Origin: an uncultured virus (IMG/VR IMGVR_UViG_3300048503_000017)
Taxonomy: Duplodnaviria > Heunggongvirae > Uroviricota > Caudoviricetes
Direction: 5' to 3' (one strand)
DNA length: 30,670 nucleotides
IMG/VR virus record: IMGVR_UViG_3300048503_000017
How positions within the stretch are numbered: the stretch's first letter is position 1; each line of letters starts with the position of its first letter. Position numbers and translations under genes: made by a program. Shown piece by piece: positions 22,085 to 30,129 of this stretch. The notes under the pieces are model-generated. The model was not told where the DNA came from. It made no database searches and worked only from the letters and a program-made list of their open reading frames with translations.

Positions 22085-24331
22085 TCACTGGTATTTCCAA
22101 GCCTCCGCATCGTTCATCACTTCTTCGCCGTCATGCCGCGACTCGTATTCCGCTACGCTTTCGGCATTAATCAATTCAGTAGGAATGCCTTCCTCAAACA
22201 TCTGCTGCTGTGTGCCAGGGCGATCATGAATCGGACTAAATCGACTATTCTGAAAGTCTGATGGCACTCGAACAGTCTTCTCAACCAACTCACCCTTTTC
22301 ATTTCTCCGCTTCAAAACCAAATCCGCCATCGCTCCGTGTTCGTTGACGATGTAAGAGCCGATCATCCTCTTTGAAAACTTCTCGGCCTCGAATGGAGAG
22401 CTTGATCGGTACTGCTCAACTTGAACAGGCATTCCCTCGAATATGACCCTCTTGTAGACGATGTAATTGTTTTCGTCCTTCTTGCCTTCTACTGGCCGTT
22501 GTCGCCGCTCTTCGAACTCACCTTCATGGCCGCAGTAAAGAGCGATTATAAATGCCATCACAATATCGTCATGGGCACCTTCTCCCTCCGCGCCATCCTC
22601 AGTGAAGTCTCTCAACTCATCGATCAAATACTTGTTACGGATGAGCACCTGATTGTCGAGCATCATCTTCGACATGTGCGCTATCAGAGTCCGCTTAGAT
22701 TTGTAGTCGGTCCACCATCCAACGATGTCAGTCATGAAGTGCTTGAGGCGGTCCATGCGCTTGAACCGATAAATGTTTTCGTATTCGTAGTCACGCATCA
22801 GACGAGTGTTGGTTGCCATGCCAAAGGAATTGACTTCGACAGCCGCAAGAGCTTCGTTGTAGTACCAGCAAAGAGCAAGCACAATGTCTGTAAGGTTGTA
22901 CGGGTCCATGTACCCATGCCAACTTGCAACCTGTTCATCGAGTTGATGGCCGTCACCGATCTTGATTACTTCACAGCAGGAATAATCCGCACCTTTCTGC
23001 CCTAAAGCAACATCGGCGGATACGACGTATCTAGCCCCTGGAATCCGCTTCTCCCACATGTGCAAGCGGTTTTCGTTCTCCGGGTATGACGCCTTTTTAA
23101 CAAGTCCAAGCAATTCCCCTTTATCGTCACGCGGATTTATTTCCGTCATGTGGAGATGCGGCAACCACTGAGTAAAATCAAAACTGATTTCTCCAATCCA
23201 TCTTGGTTCTTCAGTCAATTTGCTGTAGCGGTTGATGACCCCTCTAGGAATTGCGGAGATGATTGCGTTTTGGAATGACACTTCAGCGGTGACCGGATAC
23301 TCTTGGTCGAAAATCATATCGTCGCCGTCAGTGGCGATGAATTCCTCCTTCGTCTTTCGCATCCAGTTGATCGTTTCATTCGATATAGTGATGCCATCTT
23401 TCTTCTTTATCTGCTCAACCATATCTTTCTCTTCGAGAGTCAGTGTAAATGCTTCTCCCTTTGGGATTGGTAGTGAGTAGGTCTTCGGTCTCCGATAGAA
23501 CGGAATGAAGATCGGATGCCAATCAACCGATCCAGCCTCTGCGCGTCTCCACAGGTTATGCCACGCATCGTTACGTCCATTGGCTGTTGATCCCATGACG
23601 TAGAATCCGTCTTTAGCAAGAAAGGTACGAATGAGCGACTTTGAAAGCTGTGACGAATCCTTCCAGTGAGCCAACTCGTCCAGCATCGCGCATCGAAAAC
23701 CCTTACCTCGACCAACACCTGAAGGTCTGTTGGCATTGTCTGCGTACACCCAGTTCTTCAATCCTGGGCGGCTTGTTCTTAAATTTTCATCTGGCTCGTC
23801 AAAGCAGTACACCTTTCCATTCTCGTGCTTCATGACTCTTGGCTGCATCCACCACGGCAGGAATGAGAAAGCGGACTCGTACATCTCCATGTTGTACTTT
23901 GCGCCGTCTTCATCCTGAGACACAAAAACTGTGTTGGTGTGCTTATACCGAATTACTGTCTTGTGAAGGAACTCGCCAACCATATAGGTCGTGTATCCCA
24001 TGCGGCGAGCTTTATCGACAATTGCACGAACACGCCCATACTTCTTCTCCAGTTTTCTCAATTCATCATGGAGAATTTCTTGGCTGTCAAAAAATGGGTA
24101 GAGACCTTGGAAGCCTTTGTCTTCAGTTCGGACGGCGTAGTAGTTAGAGAGAAAATATCGAGTGTCAATCAGGGAGTGGTAGCATTCACCATCGATCCAT
24201 TCATTATCGGCAGAGGAAAGCGAGGCTCGGGCTTCATCATCCCCTATGTTGCCGGCCCGGTACTTCTGCCGGTGCATGTCGAGGATTTCTATGATCTCTC
24301 CAAGGTACTTGTTCGCCCGAATGATCGACAT
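22085..24331 (-). CDS. terL: Terminase large subunit
   Basis: Q motif (FFDSQ), Walker A-like DKARRMGYTT, Walker B CAMLDE, coupling motif GSTANG, nuclease SADVALG..DYS, AVEVN, HDDIVMA. Confidence 0.93.
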   Translation of the reverse strand: MSIIRANKYLGEIIEILDMHRQKYRAGNIGDDEARASLSSADNEWIDGECYHSLIDTRYFLSNYYAVRTEDKGFQGLYPFFDSQEILHDELRKLEKKYGRVRAIVDKARRMGYTTYMVGEFLHKTVIRYKHTNTVFVSQDEDGAKYNMEMYESAFSFLPWWMQPRVMKHENGKVYCFDEPDENLRTSRPGLKNWVYADNANRPSGVGRGKGFRCAMLDELAHWKDSSQLSKSLIRTFLAKDGFYVMGSTANGRNDAWHNLWRRAEAGSVDWHPIFIPFYRRPKTYSLPIPKGEAFTLTLEEKDMVEQIKKKDGITISNETINWMRKTKEEFIATDGDDMIFDQEYPVTAEVSFQNAIISAIPRGVINRYSKLTEEPRWIGEISFDFTQWLPHLHMTEINPRDDKGELLGLVKKASYPENENRLHMWEKRIPGARYVVSADVALGQKGADYSCCEVIKIGDGHQLDEQVASWHGYMDPYNLTDIVLALCWYYNEALAAVEVNSFGMATNTRLMRDYEYENIYRFKRMDRLKHFMTDIVGWWTDYKSKRTLIAHMSKMMLDNQVLIRNKYLIDELRDFTEDGAEGEGAHDDIVMAFIIALYCGHEGEFEERRQRPVEGKKDENNYIVYKRVIFEGMPVQVEQYRSSSPFEAEKFSKRMIGSYIVNEHGAMADLVLKRRNEKGELVEKTVRVPSDFQNSRFSPIHDRPGTQQQMFEEGIPTELINAESVAEYESRHDGEEVMNDAEAWKYQ

Positions 24332-24332
24332 A

Positions 24333-24764
24333 CTAGAGCCACCCGTCGAAAGCGCCAGCGTTCATCAATCGTCGCATTTCTTTTTTCCAGTTTTTTCCTT
24401 CCCCCATGCTGCGACCGAATTTGCTATTCACTTTCATGTGGGCCATTTCATGAAGTAGGGACAGTCTGGTTTCATTGACATTGAGGTCATCCGGCAAGAG
24501 TATTGCCTTTGGGCACGGATGCCCTGCAACCTTACCCCCATAGCAGCAGAGTCCGTCTACGTCGTCATAGCCGCCAAGTCGGGTTATTTCACGCCTCGGA
24601 AGAAACATGAGCAATACTTCTTCAGTTGGAGGAATGGTGTTTCCAAAATGCCTATTGCGAAGGACTCGATAGTCCCGCATCAAGTCGATGATTCGCAACT
24701 CTGCGATGGTTGGAGTCACCATCTTGATGCGTTCTACTTCCGACTTGGAGAGTTTGGATACCAC
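24333..24764 (-). CDS. SprT-like zinc metalloprotease-domain protein
   Basis: YRVLRNRHFGN, LLHEMAH (HExxH), GEGKNWKKEMRRL. Confidence 0.75.
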   Translation of the reverse strand: MVSKLSKSEVERIKMVTPTIAELRIIDLMRDYRVLRNRHFGNTIPPTEEVLLMFLPRREITRLGGYDDVDGLCCYGGKVAGHPCPKAILLPDDLNVNETRLSLLHEMAHMKVNSKFGRSMGEGKNWKKEMRRLMNAGAFDGWL

Positions 24765-25378
24765 TATTCTCCCTCTTCGTCTTCGCCGTCTTCATCGTCG
24801 CTGCTAGGAGGATCTTCATCGCGGTCCAGATACCCAGGCACAGCCGCTACTTCGGCAGGGAGCAAGTTCTCTTCTGCGGCCCTCTTTCTCAGCCGGTCCA
24901 TCCTCTCTTCTGTGGTCTCCGCTGTGCTCAGATTGGCTACCTGATTCGTCTGGTTCACGTTGATCTCCGCAATCGGCTGCTTTGGTTGCTTGGCGACAAT
25001 AATGTCCTTTACGATGCGGCTGGCCTCAAGGCGCGTGGTCTTGTCGTCCTGCTTGACGATCTTCTTCTTCCCAGTGTTTGCGTCGTTGATCTCGACCAAC
25101 TCAGTCGCCTCCAAGAGTCCGACCATGCTGTTTTCGAATGCCGGCATCACCCTGAGAATTGATTCGTTAAGACGAAGCTCAACTCTCCCAGATTCATTCT
25201 GCCTGTTGTAGCTTTCGATCTGGCGCACGGAATCCTTGACGGTCTCGACGCTCACGCTCTCAGACTTGGCGATAGCCTTCAACCTTTCAGGCTCGGTCCC
25301 GGTGAGCGCCTGGAACTTCACAAACCGCATCAAGTGACGCGGGTCGCGCATGTTGTGCTTAGAAAATGCAGTCGCCAT
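24764..25378 (-). CDS. Probable terminase small subunit
   Basis: N-terminal HTH-like LKAIAKSESVSVETVKDSV, TRLEASRIV helix, INVNQTNQ strand; two genes upstream of TerL. Confidence 0.55.
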   Translation of the reverse strand: MATAFSKHNMRDPRHLMRFVKFQALTGTEPERLKAIAKSESVSVETVKDSVRQIESYNRQNESGRVELRLNESILRVMPAFENSMVGLLEATELVEINDANTGKKKIVKQDDKTTRLEASRIVKDIIVAKQPKQPIAEINVNQTNQVANLSTAETTEERMDRLRKRAAEENLLPAEVAAVPGYLDRDEDPPSSDDEDGEDEEGE

Positions 25379-25884
25379 TACTTGCCCTCCGGTTCACCGC
25401 TCAAGTCAGCAAGCTCCTTGAGTCGCGCATGATCTGCTTCGCGGGTTGCGGCCTTCATCCTCTCCTGAGTTTCAAAGTCCGCAGCCTGGGTGTCTCTTTC
25501 TTGTTCGAGCACTTCCTCATCGGTCGCCGTCACGTCCACTTCTCGGGCAGATTCAGCGGGCGCATCCTCCTCCACAACTTTGATTGGGAACCTACCCAAA
25601 TACGGGTCCGGCATTCTCGATCCGTACTGCTCCTGCTTGGGAATGATCGACTCCGGTTCGTCTCCCGGAGTTGCAACCGGCGCCGACTGTGCGATCTGCC
25701 GAAGAATGGAAAGGTCTTCGCGGTAGGACCTCGCTATCTCTGTAGCGTCCTTTAGGGTACTGGTAAGGTCGTTGGCGACACTCATAATTCGCTTGGAGCC
25801 CGTCACAACCCAGCGCACGAATGTCCATACGCCGAGACAAGCGAAAAATCCACCGACAATACAGAGCCAGATTATGCCTGTCAT
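25378..25884 (-). CDS. Membrane-anchored hypothetical protein
   Basis: N-terminal TM helix (IIWLCIVGGFFACLGVWTFV) and charged C-terminus. Confidence 0.65.
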   Translation of the reverse strand: MTGIIWLCIVGGFFACLGVWTFVRWVVTGSKRIMSVANDLTSTLKDATEIARSYREDLSILRQIAQSAPVATPGDEPESIIPKQEQYGSRMPDPYLGRFPIKVVEEDAPAESAREVDVTATDEEVLEQERDTQAADFETQERMKAATREADHARLKELADLSGEPEGK

Positions 25885-26129
25885 TCCGCAATCCTCACTT
25901 CACTTCCGTCATCACGCAACGCAACTATCTGCGACGAAGAATCGGTCATTACTGTTGAGTGGACCTTGTAGTTGCATCCAGTTTCTTTGTTCTTGCAGAC
26001 GTACTCCAGATGATCGACAACCTGTTTCTGTCCCCTGCGGCCCATCACTACCTTCGGCTTCAAGACGGTTCCGCAACTATGACACACGAGATTGGCCGCG
26101 ACTAACGGCGAAAGGTCCGGTATTGACAT
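25881..26129 (-). CDS. Zinc-ribbon protein
   Basis: CHSCG...YVCKNKETGC; start near 26129 behind GAGGAG. Confidence 0.65.
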   Translation of the reverse strand: MSIPDLSPLVAANLVCHSCGTVLKPKVVMGRRGQKQVVDHLEYVCKNKETGCNYKVHSTVMTDSSSQIVALRDDGSEVRIAE

Positions 26130-26691
26130 GCCCATTCTCCTCATTCCTTCTTGTTTGTGCTCTGCGCATTGCTTTCCAATTGTGAAATCGTTCCAGAACC
26201 TCTTTCCTGCGCCGCTCTGGAACCCTGTCAACGAAAAATGTTCCCGTCAGATGATCGAGTTCATGTTGAACGATTCTCGCCACCGATCCCCTAAACGTCA
26301 ACTTCTTTCGCTCGTATGGAGTTTCTGCTAGAGAAGCCTCAACGTCGACGATTTCAAGCCGTGGCACCATGCACTCATTTCCCGAAGGCGGCAAACTTAA
26401 ACAGCCCTCCGGTTCCTTAATCTCTTTTCCGTACAACCTAGTGATCTCCGGGTTCACTAAACCAATGACTATTCCGTGACTCCTGCCGATCAATACGAAT
26501 TGCTTGAAGCATCCTATCTGCGGAGCCGCCAATCCCAATCCATCTGCCTTTCGCATCACTTCGATCATGTACTCGAATAATTTCGGAATCTCCGGCCACT
26601 CAGCCTCTTCGACAGGCTTCGCAAGGATGTTGTTCATCTCTGGCCCATAAATAGAGAGCCTAAAATTCCTCTGAAAGTACATTTCCCTCAC
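26077..26691 (-). CDS. def: Peptide deformylase
   Basis: All three PDF motifs: GLGLAAPQIG, EGCLS, QHELDHL.G. Confidence 0.95.
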   Translation of the reverse strand: MREMYFQRNFRLSIYGPEMNNILAKPVEEAEWPEIPKLFEYMIEVMRKADGLGLAAPQIGCFKQFVLIGRSHGIVIGLVNPEITRLYGKEIKEPEGCLSLPPSGNECMVPRLEIVDVEASLAETPYERKKLTFRGSVARIVQHELDHLTGTFFVDRVPERRRKEVLERFHNWKAMRRAQTRRNEENGHVNTGPFAVSRGQSRVS

Positions 26692-27155
26692 CTGGGTACA
26701 ACAATACTCCCAGCAGCCCTCGACCGTTCGGCCTTGAACATGATCTCAATTGCTTCAGGGATAGCCGAGTTGCCAATCAATTCAAGACGATCTGTGTCCG
26801 CCCTCAACCATTGAGGCATATACATCTTATGCGTAGTACACCGCGTCCCCCTGGCACACTCGCAACCAAGCCAAGTGTCAAGCCGCTCTCGCGCTTTCGC
26901 GGTCCAGTCAAAATGTTCGGGGTAGATTTGCGGCAGAAAATAATCGGCGCAGAAGCATAGACCGTCAGACCTCAACCCAACGGCTCTGCCGGTCACTATC
27001 GGTCCAGCGTTGCTCGGAACCAAGACAATCATGTAGCCGACGTTTTTCCACGATGACGTGTCGGCTGCGGGTTGACTTTCTGGAACCGCAATTACTTCCG
27101 TGGTTGGCGATTCCTGCTTCTCTTTGCGCCGGTCAATTACCTCAAAATTCGACAA
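26688..27155 (-). CDS. Hypothetical protein
   Basis: Co-directional with overlapping junctions; CEC....CTTH. Confidence 0.65.
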   Translation of the reverse strand: MSNFEVIDRRKEKQESPTTEVIAVPESQPAADTSSWKNVGYMIVLVPSNAGPIVTGRAVGLRSDGLCFCADYFLPQIYPEHFDWTAKARERLDTWLGCECARGTRCTTHKMYMPQWLRADTDRLELIGNSAIPEAIEIMFKAERSRAAGSIVVPR

Positions 27156-27330
27156 TGTAATCTTCCCCCTCGCTGGTTATGGTTTCACCCGGCAGTAGGC
27201 AGTACGCGAACGCTACGCGGCTATCATTCTTCGCAACGATCTCTCGAAGGACTACGCATGATCCTTCTATCTCGACGTAGCCTTTAGCTACCGAACGCTT
27301 TCCCCCGTTCTTTATTTTCAGACTTGCCAT
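27142..27330 (-). CDS. Hypothetical protein (62 aa)
   Basis: AAGGAG SD. Confidence 0.65.
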   Translation of the reverse strand: MASLKIKNGGKRSVAKGYVEIEGSCVVLREIVAKNDSRVAFAYCLLPGETITSEGEDYIVEF

Positions 27331-27340
27331 TGCTCACTCC

Positions 27341-27628
27341 TTAGTTCGGCTTTGGTTTGTTTTGATCGATGGCATCCTTGATGTTCGACACCATCATTTG
27401 ATTCTCTCCGGTTTTGAATCCCTCACGCGCCTGTTGCTCAAAAGCAATAGACGTTGTTTTTGATGCAACCTTTAGAACCCCAATCTGGAGCGCAAAGTCT
27501 ATGAAGTTAACCTGCATCTCCAAACCCATAGGAGAATGCACGATCACGATAATCGGACACCCCTCGCGCTCCTTCAAATGGTTCTGGACCGCCTGCATGA
27601 ATCCTTCGTGGGTCATAGGGGACTCCAT
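27341..27628 (-). CDS. Hypothetical protein
   Basis: TAATG coupling. Confidence 0.6.
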   Translation of the reverse strand: MESPMTHEGFMQAVQNHLKEREGCPIIVIVHSPMGLEMQVNFIDFALQIGVLKVASKTTSIAFEQQAREGFKTGENQMMVSNIKDAIDQNKPKPN

Positions 27629-27882
27629 TAGTTCACCGCCGCTCTGTGTGTGATAATCGTTCGGTCCTGAGAGTAAATCTCAGTGATCTTTGGGTGGCAA
27701 GCGCAGTCACGCCCCAAGTTGTGAACCCCAAAGTTCAACCGCTGCGGGTCCGGCTCCTCTTTGAAGGGAACAATATGAGCCACGTTGTCGTAGCGAGGGT
27801 CTTCAGGATCGAAGTCTGTCGACGGAGTAATAATCTCCAATGCTCCGCTCTCCACGTTCTTGACTACGACCAGCCAGCGCAT
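27628..27882 (-). CDS. Hypothetical protein with H..P...H....C.C.P...H motif
   Basis: TAATG coupling; AHIVP...HNLGRDCACHP...ITH. Confidence 0.65.
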   Translation of the reverse strand: MRWLVVVKNVESGALEIITPSTDFDPEDPRYDNVAHIVPFKEEPDPQRLNFGVHNLGRDCACHPKITEIYSQDRTIITHRAAVN

Positions 27883-28202
27883 TACTTCTTTCCCTTCCCA
27901 AAGAATTCCGCGATCTTGGCTTCAATCGCCAGCACTCGCGGGTCGGCAGGGCGCCGCTTGATGCGGATCTCAAGATAGTACGTGTTCGGAATCTTGTCCG
28001 GGTTCGGGTTGTCGTTCTGGTGGAAGTCCCACTCAAACACCCCGGTATCCCACTCGTAGGTCGTTGAGCCCCACTGAACCTTCGACTGGTTCTGCTGAAT
28101 CGGAAGCCGGAACGCCTGATGCAGCAGCGTCTTTAGTTCGGCCCACTCCTCAACCGTGACGTTCTCGTACTTTGTTACTTCGTTTGCGAATTTCTCTTTC
28201 AT
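27882..28202 (-). CDS. Hypothetical protein
   Basis: Start moved to ATG 28202 (AAGGAG SD). Confidence 0.6.
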   Translation of the reverse strand: MKEKFANEVTKYENVTVEEWAELKTLLHQAFRLPIQQNQSKVQWGSTTYEWDTGVFEWDFHQNDNPNPDKIPNTYYLEIRIKRRPADPRVLAIEAKIAEFFGKGKK

Positions 28203-28405
28203 GCTGTCTGTTCTCCTTCTTTGTTCTCTGGTGCGTGATTCTCGAACGGCAGAACCGGATTCTTTGCCGCTCGCTTTCCATGCCCTCGCGTCCACGGCCA
28301 GATGTAGCGGCCGGCGAACCAAATGCTCAATCCGGGGTTCAAACTCTGCGGCTTTCCCCAATACACCCCGAACACCAAATCCTTTTGCGTCAGTCGGACT
28401 TTCAT
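28199..28405 (-). CDS. Hypothetical protein (68 aa)
   Basis: GGGAG SD; ATGA overlap. Confidence 0.55.
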   Translation of the reverse strand: MKVRLTQKDLVFGVYWGKPQSLNPGLSIWFAGRYIWPWTRGHGKRAAKNPVLPFENHAPENKEGEQTA

Positions 28406-28408
28406 GGA

Positions 28409-28594
28409 CTACTCCCTCTTCCATTGGTAGCCGCGAAGAACTAACTCCTGAAGCGCTAAATACCTCGCCTCTGTTGGCGTTGGCATCGTGTCTTCGTTGT
28501 TGTCGAGAAGGATTTCCACCAACCGCTTGTCGCTCGGCGCCTTGCGCTTGATTGCCGCCCTCGCTTCATCCGTCAGTACGATTGTCTTTTTCAT
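28409..28594 (-). CDS. Hypothetical protein
   Basis: Start at ATG 28594 behind a GGAG supplied by the palindrome. Confidence 0.6.
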   Translation of the reverse strand: MKKTIVLTDEARAAIKRKAPSDKRLVEILLDNNEDTMPTPTEARYLALQELVLRGYQWKRE

Positions 28595-28600
28595 CGCCAC

Positions 28601-28613
28601 TCCAAATTTTGGA
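28601..28613. repeat. Dispersed palindrome copy 6 (TCCAAA-T-TTTGGA)
   Basis: Intergenic; overlaps the SD. Confidence 0.9.
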
Positions 28614-28634
28614 ATCCAAAACCGCTCAGTCGTC

Positions 28635-28841
28635 CTATCGCCGCGTGATGACATCCTTCAAAATTAAGGTCTTCGCCATCTCCAGCATCCCCAACCGCGT
28701 CGACAAAACCGATGTCGATCCGAGTGTGATGATGTCGCCGCCGGCTTCAGTCATAATCACAAGACACTCGACCGCATCGCCAACCTCTTCCATCGCCTTG
28801 ACCAGCGTCTCTGTCGGAGTCCTCTTGATTACATCGCCCAT
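28635..28841 (-). CDS. Hypothetical protein
   Basis: Start at ATG 28841; RLGMLEMAK motif. Confidence 0.6.
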   Translation of the reverse strand: MGDVIKRTPTETLVKAMEEVGDAVECLVIMTEAGGDIITLGSTSVLSTRLGMLEMAKTLILKDVITRR

Positions 28842-28846
28842 TCTTA

Positions 28847-29090
28847 CCCTTCCAAAAACCGCTAGACTTTTCTCCATCGGTCCCTGCCGCCGACATATAT
28901 ATCGCGGACGCGCTCAACGTAAATCACTGCCTCCGGATTCATCCCCCGCGCTCGCTCAATGGCTTTGGCTTGGGTTGGGAGAATCGCGCTGGCCCGTTCC
29001 GAACCCGGCCTCCGTATCGCATACTCGCCGGTCCTTGTCTTCTCGATGTACAGTTCAGACTTTGCCATTCGACCCCTTCCAAAAACCGCT
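28847..29090. repeat. 17-bp direct repeats CCCTTCCAAAAACCGCT flanking DUF2188 gene
   Basis: Identical copies at 28847-28863 and 29074-29090; partial copy at 28615-28626. Confidence 0.85.
28862..29068 (-). CDS. DUF2188 family protein
   Basis: GEYAIRRPGSERASAILPTQAKAIERAR...IYVERVR. Confidence 0.8.
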   Translation of the reverse strand: MAKSELYIEKTRTGEYAIRRPGSERASAILPTQAKAIERARGMNPEAVIYVERVRDIYVGGRDRWRKV

Positions 29091-29134
29091 CGAAAACCGC
29101 CAGCCCGCGCCAGCGGGCACCGTCGTGCCACGCA

Positions 29135-29368
29135 TTACACTAACTCTTCAACTCGACTCACATTCGACAACGCAGCGAACTGAATCAACTTACCATCCTC
29201 CACGCGGAACAAATCCACATATTCTGTCCCGCACGACCAGAAGTGACACTGCCACTCCTCCGGTGCATTATTGTGAAATGTCACCTTCAACCTGATCGGT
29301 CTCACCGCTTCCGTATTCAATATCCCTCCAACCTTTCTGCCTACATCCACATCATTGCACATCTTCAC
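29135..29368 (-). CDS. Hypothetical protein (start uncertain, possibly TTG near 29320)
   Basis: Co-directional ORF; internal GGAGG near 29325. Confidence 0.5.
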   Translation of the reverse strand: MKMCNDVDVGRKVGGILNTEAVRPIRLKVTFHNNAPEEWQCHFWSCGTEYVDLFRVEDGKLIQFAALSNVSRVEELV

Positions 29369-29482
29369 GCTTTTGTGTTGACCAACTCAAATACACAACT
29401 TTTCAAAACTTCAAAACTGCTTACATCATTTCAACTTCTTGGATTTTGAAAATCTGTTCGCTGGACCAGTCGCGTAGCGACC

Positions 29483-29595
29483 GGACCCCCACCCCACCCC
29501 CTTGCGCCGGGTCCGTTGCGGCGTGCGTGCTGGGCGGTGGGCGCTGGCCGTGGCAGGGCGGCGGGGCAGGGGCAGGGCAGGCGGGAGGGGCTGGG
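29483..29595. other. Non-coding C-tract plus G-run array (potential G-quadruplex; candidate packaging/terminus region)
   Basis: CCCCCACCCCACCCCC at 29486-29501; nine runs of 3 or more G at 29532-29595. Confidence 0.5.
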
Positions 29596-29796
29596 CCAAG
29601 CTGCGGAAGGCGAAGCAGAGGCAGGGTACCGGGACCGATGGAAGGCTCAAGAATGGCACCGGGTGGCGTCAATCATTAGAAGTGGGCGCGGTGAAGCTGG
29701 TACAGGGTGCCATGAGGCAGGCGAAACTGCCATGCTGTAGTATGTCCAGCTTGGCTGCGATGCGTCCTAGAGGCGCTGGTCAGGCCGTTTCAGGAC

Positions 29797-29825
29797 ACAA
29801 CAAAGCCCCAGACGTATCTGGGGCC
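29797..29825 (-). terminator. Intrinsic terminator
   Basis: GCCCCAGA-tacg-TCTGGGGC followed by TTTGTTG. Confidence 0.7.
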
Positions 29826-29844
29826 AGTGTTGCCGATCCTGCCG

Positions 29845-30027
29845 CTAGTCGAGGTAGAGCCGGGTATTGATGTTCTTGAACTGGTCTTTGCCGTTGTAGG
29901 TTCCCATGTACATCCAGCCTCCGGCGTAGTTCCATTCCCCATCTTTGCCGCTGAGCCTGCCTGCTGCTATCGCCTCTTCAAATGCCTGCCTGCTGTCCTT
30001 GAATACTGGTGCTGTAGTGGTTGCCAT
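29845..30027 (-). CDS. Small phage protein (60 aa)
   Basis: AGGAGG SD; AFEEAIAAGRLS...NYAGGWMYMGT...DQFKNINTRLY. Confidence 0.75.
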   Translation of the reverse strand: MATTTAPVFKDSRQAFEEAIAAGRLSGKDGEWNYAGGWMYMGTYNGKDQFKNINTRLYLD

Positions 30028-30078
30028 GTTCCCTCCTGCGGCTTTGGCCGCATCCCCAATATCTCACCGCTGCCAGAC

Positions 30079-30107
30079 AAAGAAAAGGCCCCACCAGAGG
30101 CAGGGCC
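30079..30107 (-). terminator. Intrinsic terminator
   Basis: GGCCCTGCC-tct-GGTGGGGCC followed by TTTTCTTT. Confidence 0.75.
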
Positions 30108-30109
30108 GA

Positions 30110-30124
30110 TTCCAAAGTTTGGAA
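30110..30124. repeat. Dispersed palindrome copy 7 (TTCCAAA-G-TTTGGAA)
   Basis: Between a stop codon and a terminator, the same arrangement as copy 4. Confidence 0.88.
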
Positions 30125-30129
30125 AGTTT

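Noticed and set aside
22085..24331. Intein in the long TerL
   Set aside because: No C/S...HN splice junctions or LAGLIDADG motifs; the extra length is at the termini.
19067..29295. Long plus-strand ORFs such as 20252..21103, 22421..23005, 23939..24478 and 28552..29295
   Set aside because: Antisense shadows of well-supported minus-strand genes, with no motifs or RBS.
29421..29870. Pro/Gly/Arg-rich ORFs over the G/C-run region
   Set aside because: Low-complexity translations of GC-rich DNA that are open in several frames, with no RBS.
4013..30124. Palindromes as CRISPR repeats or canonical parS/dif sites
   Set aside because: They are dispersed rather than regularly spaced, no cas genes are present, and the sequence does not match the TGTTTCACGTGAAACA parS or dif consensus.
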